DNA from: Octopus sinensis
Lineage: Eukaryota
DNA length: 64,000 nt
Reading direction: 5' to 3'
NCBI RefSeq assembly: GCF_006345805.1
Contig: NC_043005.1
Location: forward strand, 92,504,001 to 92,568,000
The position numbers were made by a program, and so were the translations under genes. Below are positions 36,979 through 49,050 of this stretch, in pieces; within the stretch, counting starts at the first letter, position 1, and every line of letters begins with the position of its first letter. A model generated the notes under the pieces. That model was not told where the DNA came from. It ran no database searches and saw nothing but the letters and a program-made list of their open reading frames with translations.

Positions 36979-37191
36979 GTTTTTGGGCACTCAGGGATGG
37001 CATGGAAATAAAAAGAGATTCATACACTTTTTGTTAAAGACACTGTCTTTATTGTCTGCGGTAGGTATGTCATCAGAGGATCTTCATGACCCAGGCTGTC
37101 AACCAATGACGCTCTAAATACAGAAATGCGATAAGCTTTAACAAATTCCTATCATTATCTCACTTATCACGTCACAACCAAATCGACAACA

Positions 37192-37720
37192 CTACTTTCC
37201 TTCTCTTTCACATTCTCAGGCGATAAGTAAGGATTTAAAACTTTAGATTCTTCACTTTTCATTGCAATCAAACTTATAGAACCTTACAAACGAACTTTTG
37301 GTACTACTAGCAAACAGTGGTCCCGGTACACGCACTTGCGCATCCGCGCTAGCCAGTCGTAAGTAGTCGATCCTACGACTTTTTAACCCTAAACCTGACC
37401 CTAACCCTAACCTTAGTTTGTTTATAAAAATAATTTATTTACTTAGTTTAAAAAATTATTTACTTTGTTCGAAAAATATTATTTAATTTTTTTTTATATG
37501 TATTCAGCCTTTAAATACAAACATATGCGCAAGTCGTAGGATCGACTACTTACGTCTAGCTTGCGCGGATGCACGAGTGCGCGCACCGGGACCACTGTTC
37601 GCTTGTAGTACCCTACTTTCCTTCTCTTTCGCATTCTCGGGCGAAAAGTAAGGATTTAAATCTTTAGGTTCTTCACTTTTCATTGCAAACGAACTTATAG
37701 AACCTTGCAAACGAACTTTT
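37192..37720 (+). repeat. 108-bp direct repeat (37192-37299 and 37613-37720) flanking the MITE
   Basis: Ungapped alignment with 8 mismatches; both copies abut the TIRs exactly. Confidence 0.92.
37300..37612. mobile_element. MITE with about 82-bp terminal inverted repeats and internal CCCTAA-like repeats
   Basis: Arms 37300-37381 and 37531-37612 align with 9 mismatches (GGTACTAC...GTAGTACC); internal aaccctaaacctgaccctaaccctaacc. Confidence 0.85.
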
Positions 37721-37830
37721 TAACTACAAACTATAGACACATAAACATTTTCTGTTTATTGTTTTTCACTCGCCTCAAAAACAAGGGAAGTCACTCGGTT
37801 TGCGTGGCAGCAGTTACTTCCCCTACAATC

Positions 37831-37941
37831 ATGGCCACGATACAAACAGCGAAAGCTGTGATGAGAAAGAAATGCAGACACACTCTGTCTTTAATACCAG
37901 ACGAAGACAAAATCAAACAATCAGAGATCATTTCGAGAAAG
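37831..37941 (+). CDS. MTHFS: MTHFS exon 1
   Basis: ATG at 37831; 37 codons; donor GTAATA at 37942. Confidence 0.88.
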
Positions 37942-39426
37942 GTAATATTGTTTTTATATCTATGTTAGTCTCAGTTTCATAGTAATCAATAATTCTTTCG
38001 GATATTTTGCTTCTGCCTTAGACTCCTATCGGAAGAAAGAAATGGGTTTTAGTAAATCTCAAAGTCTTATCTGTTTGTTTGTTCCACTTATTTACAACAT
38101 AAGACGTGTATTGAATTACTACTACACACAGGCTTTCTTACCTCATTCCTCTCTATTTGAGATATTTTGTATTCAATTTTCTTACAATATCAATAACAAT
38201 TTCCAATTTTAATATTTAATATTTTGAGTGAGTGAAAGGGAGGGTGATTATTGTATCAGATCGTTTAGAATTTGTTTTAGTTGTTCATTTTCGCTTTGTT
38301 AAGCCTATAAAATTCTAAAATGAAAACAAACAAAAAAAAAACCAAGGATCGTCCCTAACATTTTTAATGCGAATCAAAATACCACCTGCCATCTCACTCC
38401 CCGCGAAAAAAAAAAAAAAGACATTTAGAAATATATGAATAAAACTAAAACTTCTTCGGTCGTCAAACGACGTTTACTAGATGCTGATTGATGGAGGTAA
38501 ATGTGTAGTCATGAATTCAAGGCTTACCAAGTGCAGGTTATTTCCAGTTGGTGGCGCACTTCAATAATAAAGTTTTCCAATTAGCATGGAGTGCGCGTCA
38601 AGGCTAGCTCGTATGAACTATAGGTACAGTATAGCAGACAGATTTTCATAGTTTCCGGTAACTTAATTTGACTTACAGAGTTTGGATGAGAACCTGAGAC
38701 TATTGTAGAAGCTATCTAACCAAATTACTGTGCTGTGGGGATCTACCCCAGGATGCTATGATAGCAAGGCGACGTTTTTAACTTGTCAGCTATATAATTA
38801 CATCAGTGGTTGTCAGTATTCTTTACTCTGTGGCGCATTCAGGATCAAACAAAAACATTACTGACGCACTTAACAAAGAAAGTTAAAAAGAAAAATAACT
38901 ATTTTAGAGTTAAAAATTTAGGAAAACATTTGTCTATTTGTTGGGTGTAATCAAGATTTCGTTTTAAATAGATTCTTAATAAATTGGATCCACTGTTAGC
39001 CGTCTAATTTGCAGTAAACACAAAATTAGAACGTTTGATAATAATTGTATTTGCATGTTTAGCTGAGCCTTTCGAACACTTTGTAGTTTATGCTGTATAC
39101 CTGGTTTTATTAATTGTACTTGTGTATAGCAAAATTGTGAAGAAATACGTCTTTTTCAAGACACTTAAGTATGGAATTTCTAAACTTTAAATTAAATAGT
39201 TTTTTTTAAAAATTGCAGTGCACCACTACCCTACACGACTAGATACATCAATGTAAGGAAATAGCAAACAAATAATTCTTAAACTACAATCTGTCATCGT
39301 CGTCGCTGTCGTCACGGCTGCAGAATATTGGATATGAAAGCCACAATTATTTACAACTATCACGCAATGTTAAGACAAGGAGACATAAACACTTATAAAC
39401 ACATACACATATATGCGTTTATATAT

Positions 39427-39487
<61 letters not shown>

Positions 39488-40016
39488 TATATATATCAAA
39501 TATATCATCATCATCATCGTTTAACGTCCGCTTTTCATACTAGCATGGGTTGGACGATTAGACTGAGGACTCGCAAACCAGATGGCTGCACCAGTCTCCA
39601 ATCTTGATCTGGCAGAGTTTCTACAGCTGGATGCCCTTCCTAACGCCAACCACTCCGAGAGTGTAGTGGGTGCTTTTACGGGGGCCAGTCAGGTGGTACT
39701 AGCAATGACCTCGCTCGAATCTTTTTACACATGCCACCGGCATGGAAGCCAGTTGGCTGCTCTGGCAATGATCATGCTCGGATGGTGCCCTTGGCACCCT
39801 ACTACCACGGGGCACAAGTGCCAGTAAGGCGACACTGGTAACGATCACACTCAAATGGTGCCTTTTATGTGCCACTGGCACGGAAGCTGGTTAGCCGCTT
39901 TGTCAATGATCAGACTCATATGGTGCTCTTTGCACCCCGCTAGCATGGATGCCAGTAATCGAATTTGATTTTGATTTCACCTGCCTCAACAGGTCTTCAC
40001 AAGCAGAGTTTAGTGT

Positions 40017-40066
<50 letters not shown>

Positions 40067-43000
40067 GACAGGCATCTTTCGGTTTCCATCTCTCAAATAC
40101 ACTCACAATGCTTTGGTTAGTCGAGGGCCACAGTAGAAGACACTTACCCAAAGTGCTACTCAGTGGGACTGAATCTGGAATTACGCAGTTGGGAAGCAAG
40201 CCTCTTGCCATACAACTACATCTGCACCTATCATCTTTAATAAATGGAAGGATACTGAATAATTTGGTTCTGGATAGATTATGCTAGTGTGAGGGGAAAA
40301 AAAAGAAAAAGTGGTAGTCACAATATGAACATTAACTTGCCTATCCCTATATGATAGGTCTATTTGATCAAAGTCAACTTGAAGCTTATTAATAAAAACC
40401 TGTGTCCTTGAGAGACCCATTTGATTGTCATACAACCTGCTAGAAGTAGCAGCTAAATTTATTTCAAATTACACCCTACTATAATATAAAATTAGATTAT
40501 GTAGTTCTAGATAGTCCTATAAAAAAATGGTTATCACATGTGGCATTCCTTTGGTTATAAATCTTTTCAATAAGAACTACAGCAATAATAACGACTGCAT
40601 TGGTGTTACGAGTAATAAAAATAAGTCTTAGTAATATATTACAATACATTTTATGTAAGAGTGGAGGATTGACAAGATTGTTAATGCATCAGACAAAATA
40701 CCTTGCCCTATTTAATTAAGGTCACTTATATTCTGACTTCAAGTGCCATTGATGTCAATTTAGCTTTTCATCCTTAGAGTGTCTATAAAATTATTATTAT
40801 TATTATTATTAAAATGAGGTACATGCACAAGGTCTTTACAATTGAACTGTGGAGTCTTGTGCCATTGCACAAAATTGACATATTACATTTAACAAGTCAT
40901 TGGTCTAACAGAATCAGTGGAACAGCAGGATATGCAGTGTTTAGTTACTTCACTCTGTGTTCTTTGTTCAAGTCCCCTCTTTATAGGGTTGACTTTACCC
41001 TCCCTCTTTACAGGGTTAATAAAATGTATTGGTTCAGTACAAGTGTCGGTGCGATTGACTATATCCTGAACCTAAGATTTGTGGCCTTGTCAGAGACCTA
41101 TAAAGCACATTCAGGTTAAAACATAACAATATCTAACTTTGGGTGTGTCTTTTCAAAAGAAATCAATGTTCTGTTACTGCAACCAGCTTCTTATTGTACT
41201 GAGTTCAAAATGTACCAAGGGTGATAAAAATTCCTGTGCAGGGGGGGGGGCTGTGTGGTAAGTAGCTTGCTTACCAACCACATGGTTCCGGGTTCAGTTC
41301 CACTGTGTGGCACCTTGGACAAGTGACTTCTAATATAGCCTCGGGCCAACCAAAGCCTTGTGAGTGGATTTGGTAGATGGAAACTGAAAGAAGCCCATCA
41401 TATATATGTATGTGTGTTTGTGTGTCTGTTTTTCCCCCCAACATCGCTTGACAACCAATACTGGTGTGTTTACATCCCCGTAACTTAGCGGTTCGGCAAA
41501 AGAGACCGATAGAATAAGTACTAGGTTTACAAAGAATAAGTCCTGGGGTCGATTTGCTCGACTAGAGGTGGTGCTCCAGCATGGCCGCAGTCAAATGACT
41601 GAAACAAGTAAAAGAGTAGAGTAAAAGAGAGTATATCTGTTTTGTTTTTTGTTACCTTGGTACACGTCCAAACTATATTGCTTAGGTAAGCAATATAGTT
41701 GATCCCAGTATACGGCAGATACTTATGTTATTGCTCTTAAAATAATTTGGCACAAGGCCAGCAATTTTTGAGAGGAGAGGCAAGTTGATTGCATCAACCC
41801 CAGTACTTGATTGGCACTTCATTTTTATCATCTCACAAAAGGATGTAAGTTAAAGTTGATATTGATAGCTTTTGAAGTCAGAATATAAAGAGCTGAGAGA
41901 AATGTCATTAAGAATTCTGTCCAGTTCGGTGATAATTCTGCCAGTATGCCACCTTGTTTGCTCTTAAAACAATGGTTTCAGATTCTGGCACAAGGCCAGC
42001 AATATTGAGGGTGCAGATTTCTTCGACCCCCAGTGCTCAACTAGTACTTATTTTATTGACCCCAAAAAGATTAAAGGTAAATTTAACTTTGGCAGAATTT
42101 GAACTCAGAAACAGAGACTCAGATAGAATGTCATGCCACTAAGCATTTTGCCTGACATGCTAATGATTCTGCCAGCTCACCGCATTTGTTTGCTCTTAAA
42201 ATAATAAAAGGCAAATGTGACAGTGCCTTGGCAGGATTTGAACTCTGAACAGATGGAGAGAGAAGTAAATGGTTTAAAGTAATTTCTTACTGTTTCTACC
42301 TCTCCGTCATCTTAATACCAGTAATGTAGTGTGAATTATTAATTCAGATGTACTCACTTCCTTTCCAGAAACTGACTTTGTGTCATCATCATTTTAACAT
42401 CCACATTTCCATGCTTGCATGACTTGGACAGAGTTTATTGAGGCAGATTTTCTATGAACAGATGGTCTTCTGTAGCTAACTCTTATCAGTTTCCAAGCAA
42501 GATATATTTCCCCATGGTCAGACATATTTTTTTCAGAATATGGGAAGTAAATGGCATCCATTTACAACAACCAAGACAAGTAGACACAAACATACACTTA
42601 CTCATACACACACACATGTGCATGCATGCATGTAGAGAGAGGGGCTTCTTTCAGTTTCTGTCTACCAAAGCTTCTCACAAAGCTTTGGTCAGCCTGGGGC
42701 TATAGCAGAAGACACTTTCCCAAGGAGCCACATTAACCTGAAACCATGTGGTTGGGAAGCAAACCTTAACCGCAGTCACTCCTGCAGCTATATTTGAATA
42801 AAAATCATCATTGGTTATTGGAAATGGTCTAGAGCAGTGGTTCCCAACATGTGCATGTATATATACACATATATATGTGTGTGTATGTATATGTATAGAG
42901 TGTTAGAAGTGGTGTACAGATATTGAATATTGAGAAAAGAGGAGGTTGTCAGAATTTTGGAAAAAGAATATTTTTATTTAGTCATTAGCATTATTGCTTT

Positions 43001-43947
43001 CCTTCATCTTCAGACTTATCAAATAAAATTGTGAATGTGCAAACAGGTGCTTTGCTTTGTTTTGTTTAGAAGAGGAGAACATTGTTTTTGTTTCTTTGGG
43101 TGAGGTTCCAGGACAATGGAGATAGATAGATAGATAGATGGGTAGATGGATAGATAAATAGATGGGTAGATGGATAACGTGGCAGATACTAGTGCCGCCT
43201 GACTGGTGTCCGTGTCGGTGACACGTAAAAGCACCAACCGAACATGGCCATTTGCCAGCCTGCCCTGGCCCCTGTGCCGGTGGTGCGTAAAAAACACCCA
43301 CTACACTCACGGAGTGGTTGGCGTTAAGAAGGGCATCCAGTTGTAGAAACACTGCCAAATCAGACTAGAGCCTGGTGCAGCCTCCATGGCTTGCCAGACC
43401 CTGGTCGAACCGTCCAACCCATGCTAGCATGGAAAAACGGACGTTAAATGATGATGATGATGATGATAGATAGATAGATGGGTAGATAGACAAACAGACA
43501 GACAGATACATAAGTAGAGAGAGAGAGGGGGGAAGGGATTTTTCAATTTTGAATGTTTTTTTACCATTTATTTAGTTATTTTTTTTTTTACTGTTGTATA
43601 GCTGCTGGCATGAGACATAAGTTCAAGGATGGGAAAATAATGTAAAAAAGGGTGGGATACAGTCATCACTAAAAAAAAACATTTTTTTTTTCTTAAGGTG
43701 CCAAGAAGGAAGATAATCTGTGTGTGTGTGTGTGTGTGTGCCTGTGAGTTCATGTGTTTGGAAATATGTCTGTGTCTACGCTGCGTCATTTCGATGTTTT
43801 GCATTGAAAAATGAAGTCAGGTTTCTCTTATTTTCATGTTTTTGCATGAACAAACATTAGCACAATATTTACAAATTAGAAAAATAAAACCCACTGGTAT
43901 AGAGATGAGTATCATGTTATAAAATATTGGGACAGAGACAACATGTG

Positions 43948-43979
<32 letters not shown>

Positions 43980-44135
43980 ATATATATATATTTGTGTGTG
44001 TGTGTGTGTGTGTGTATGTATATATATGTGTGCGTATTAAAAAGTGATAGTGTTCAGTATGTTGGCAACAGGAATTTCTATCAAAGCGACAGTTAAACAA
44101 AGTTGTACATCATCTCCCTCTTTTTCTCATATACC

Positions 44136-44223
<88 letters not shown>

Positions 44224-47200
44224 TCGTCACTGCCCTCACCGTTTCTATGCCAACTATTACTCTCACCCCAACACACAGAATAGTAGAAGTGTCATTGAAT
44301 AGTGAGAGAAGGGGTAAAAGTGTGACACACTGACACACAGAAATTAGTTTTTGCATTTATTATATTAGATATATTCCCACTGCATGGCATCTTGAACAAG
44401 GTGTATGTGTTAGATTCTATTAGTTGGACAAATGCTTAAAATTTTTGCCATCCACAAAAGATCTTTGAGTTGAAATGTCATGCAGTCGTTTTTATTTTCT
44501 TTCTGTCTTTCATCTTCAAAGTGTAAATAAAATCAAAATCTTTCTCAATTATTGATGTTGATGTGGAGGGGTGGGGGATGATTTAAACAACTAAACTCAC
44601 CTTAAAATTAACAGCCCCTTGCTATTTGTAGCTGTTGTACAAATCAGTATTACCAGCTAGAGAGACAAGCATATAATTAGAAATTAAATACCAGACCCTC
44701 ACAGCTAAGAGTTAAAAGAAAGAAAAAAAGAAAATATTTGGCACTGTATCTAAAAGGTGTAAATCAGTTATGATTTTCATTTATTATCTGATATGTTAAA
44801 AAAGACTTAACATGGTAAATTGATTATTAACTAAACAATTAGTTATTGATTTATGTGTCTATTCTGGAGTGCAATGCAACAGAAACGAAAGTAAGGTTAT
44901 GTTAGGGTAGTACTATAAATGGTCGAACACCATGCATTATTTACTCACAGCTTGCTGGTGTCAGTACATTATGTGTTTACAAACAGAACACACTGCCAAG
45001 GACAGAACACAAAGCACTAACATCTCAGCCAGTTTTATTCTTACTTTTTATATGTTTTTGTGATCAGTTGCATTGCACTGGGTACCAAAATTATTGCTAT
45101 TTGTCTTTAGTCAATAACTGTTATTTGATTTGCTTCTATCTAGAAATCAAAGGAAGTGACTACTATTCCCTTCAAACTTTGCTTTTGTGACGTGGACATC
45201 AATGTTTTGAGACTAACCTGTTTTCCATTACATTTCAGAGTTGCTGAAACAGAACTATTGTTGTAGCAAATATTTTACTCAATACCACAAATTTGCTTGT
45301 CAGTTGTTTGACCTTGTCCACTTGAGAATGTCCTTTACTGGCTAGCAATATGTGCTTTTCTGATCATGAGCAGGAGTAGTGGGGGAGCATCGTAGCTATG
45401 TGTTGGGCGGGATTCATTAGGGTTTGAATAAATGTAACAAAAGCAAAGTTTGAAGGAAATGTTAGCCATTTTTCATACTTTCTAGGGATAAGCAAATAGG
45501 AAATAACAGTTGCTACCCAAGGCCAAAAATCATGTTATGCATTTTAATGAGCCAAAGTTTGGTCCATTGCATTTACAATGGTGTCTACAGTGCCAGGTGG
45601 TGATGTTAAACTGGTTGATGGATTAATTCTACCACTCAAGTAGGATATGACAGGATTTGAACTCAAAAATACAAAGAGCTAGAACAAATACCACAAGGCA
45701 TCTGGTCCAATATTCTTTACGTTTCTGCCAATGCACCATCCTGGATTGGTATTTTTTTATCAACCACAAAAAGATGAAAGGCAAAGTTGACTACAACCAG
45801 ATTTGAACTCAGAGCAAAGTGCATTGACACAAATATTGTAAGGCATTCTATCTGATGCTCTAATGCTCCACCAGCTCAACCTCGTGTGTGTGTGTGTGTG
45901 TGTAAGCAATGTCAGAAAGGTTTGCGGTGGCACGTAAAAAGCACCAACCGATCGTGGTCGCTGCCAGCCTCCCCTGGCACGTAAAAAGCACCCACTACTC
46001 TCACGGATTGGTTAATGTTAGGAAGGGCATCCAGCTGTAGAAACACTGCCAGATCAGACTGGAGACTGGTGCAGCCTCCTGGCTTCCCAAACCCCAGTCG
46101 AACCATCCAATCCGTTCTAGCACGGAAAACGGACGTTAAACGATGATGATGATGAAAATGTATCATTATAACATGCATTCTATATATTTGCTATAGACTT
46201 GTGTAAAAAGAGCGATTAAACCTCTCTTGAAGATATTTTGAATGATTGGACCTAAAAAGTGTTATATACAAAGAGAAGTTCTACATGAATTGTTTTAATA
46301 TTTTATTGAGGTTAAAACATTAAAAACTTCTTCGTTTATTATTGAAGATTTCTTCATTTACTATTTTATTAAATCAATGATGAGCCTCTGCTATCTATAA
46401 TGGCAGTGACTCACACATATTTTAAAAGTTATTTATATGGCCTATACCAGGAATGAGAAAAAAGACTGCCATCTTCCTAGTTAGACAGTTGCAAGAAAAG
46501 TATTTGGCCAAAAGTAAACCATTGTTCTTAGCTTTCATCAACCTGGAGAAGGCTTTTGACAAGGTTCCCCAGTCTCTTATCTGGTGGTCTCTAAGGAAGC
46601 TAAGAGTAGAAGAATGGTTTGTTAGAGCCATACAAGCCATGTACAGCGATGCTGTCAGTGTGGTGAGGGTCAACCTTGAATATAGTGATGAATTTAACGT
46701 ACAAGTTGGAGTTCACCAGGGATCAGTCTTAGTCCACTCTTATTCATCATAGTTTTCCAGACCATTACAGAGGAATTCAAAACTGGATTCCCATGGGAAC
46801 TGCATTATGCTGACAACCTTGTTCTTATTGTAGAATTTGAAGCAGAATTGGAGAAGTTCCAGGTTTGGAAGCAAAACCTGAAATCAAAATCCTTTACATT
46901 AACCTTAGAATGACTAAAGTTGTCGTTAGCAAGAAAGCAGCCAAGACTCTCTTTCCGTCAGGTAAATGGCCCTGCTCAATAAGTAGGAAAGGAGTGGGAA
47001 GTAATTCCATTTGCTGCACCCAGTGTAAGCTATGGACACATAAGAGATGCAGTGGAATCACATGTAGGTTAACAGATAAGATCACTTTCGTGTGTGGAAA
47101 ATGTGCAGAAACAATAAGCACTAAGATCATGTGGGACTTAGACTCTCTCAAATGTCCAGGAGGCCCTCTTGAGGTAGTAGATAGTTTCTGCTACTTAGGT

Positions 47201-48642
47201 GACCAAATTAATAAGAATGGTGGATGCTCTGAAATAGAATAAGCATTGGATGGAGGAACTTCAGAGAACTTCTGCCTCTGTTGGCAACAAAAGGACTCTC
47301 TCAATCAGAGTGAAAGGTAGATTGTATGATGCTTGTGTACAAACGGCTATACTCCATGGTAATGAGCCATGGGCTCTGAATGCAGAGGACATGCGTAGAA
47401 TGGATTTGTAACCTTAGTGTCCATAACCAACAAAGCACAACTTTGTTGAGAGATATTAAATATGGCGTGCAAGAGAGGAGAATGCATTTGTTTGGACATG
47501 TGATGCATATGAGTAAAGACAGCTGTATACTGAAAGTGGATGGTACCTGTGGAAGAAGGAGACTGAGGAAGATATGGGATCAAGTGGTGAGGATCGATCT
47601 CAGGATGTTAGGGATCATAGGGGAAATGACAACGGACCAAGATGTTTGGGGATTTGAGGTTCTAGAGAAGACCCCCCACCACCACTACCACATCAGCAAA
47701 ACTGAGTGTTAGAAGTGTTGTGTCCCACCCACATGTAACAATAAACTTTTCACTCACCCTACCCCCATCAAACCAAACTACATCTCCTCTCCTAAACTGC
47801 ATCTTCCTCTTCCTCAGATTTCCTCTTCATAAACTATAATTGTCTTCCAATCCCCTCACTGCCCTTACTGCCCCGTTCACTGTATCACTGCTTTCCCCTT
47901 CACCATTTTTCTACCCAGCTAGTCACTGCAATCTCCACTCCCTACTCGCGCCTTCTTGGCAGTACCTGACCATGTATATTATGACCTCCATACATTGAGG
48001 GCATATCCTGACAATTGCCACCATTTATCTCTCTCCTCCTCACTCTACCATCACATCTATGCTCTGATCCTTGTTACTTGTGATTATACCCTGGCACTTC
48101 ACCACTATCTCTCTCATGCTCTCTCTTGCATTTTTGCTGTTTCCCACTCTCTCTCTCTCTCACCTGTTCTTCCCTCTGGTTAGGTAACCAAGTATCTCCT
48201 TTACATCAGCACACCTGCTTCTGTTCTCTTTCTTGGACTGCTTTTCTACCTCCTTCTCTCTTCCTGTCACTCCCCTTCTCTTCTCTCTTTCTCTGGCTGT
48301 CTTGCTAGGTAACCATGTACATTCTCTATAGCAAGACACCTGTTTCTGCCTCCCTGTTTCTCTGTCATATTGTAACCTTCCATCATCTGACACAAGATCC
48401 CCTCCCCCAATGCTCCCACCCCTCTCAAAATTCCTTTCATTGAAGTGAATATCCTTGGGAAACAGAAATTCCTTCTGCCTTGTTTACCTGGTTTGTATCT
48501 GTGGAGAGCTTCAGGTAAGGATGCTTGGTACCCTTTAATTTCTAACATCTTGAGCAGCTGCATGATTTAGTGTCACTACATCTGTCTTCAATACAGGGAA
48601 TTTTATTCTGTATGTAGCCAATTTTGGCTACATATATACATT

Positions 48643-48673
<31 letters not shown>

Positions 48674-49019
48674 CACACCCTCCAATGCCCTCCTCCCCTC
48701 TCAAAAGACTTTTGTCTTGCAAATTACTTGATAACCCTGTGAGTGCTGGTGCCACATAAAAAGCATCCAGTCTACTTGTGGTTGGTATTTGGAAGGGCAT
48801 CCAACTGTAAAAGCCATGCCCAAACTGACCCCACCTAAACTGGTGTCATGTAAAAAGCATTCAGTCCACTCTGTAGGGTGGTTGGTGTTAGGAAGGGCAT
48901 CCAGCCATAAAAACTCTGCCAAAACAGACACAAAAGTCTGGTGCAGTCTTCTGCCTGGCCAGCTCCTGTCAGACTGTCCAACCTATGCCAGCATGGCAGG
49001 TGGACGTTAAACAATGATA

Positions 49020-49050
<31 letters not shown>

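Noticed and set aside
37705-37830. In-frame upstream extension of MTHFS exon 1 in the ORF track
   Set aside because: Starts at a non-ATG codon inside the direct repeat; family homology starts at the ATG at 37831.
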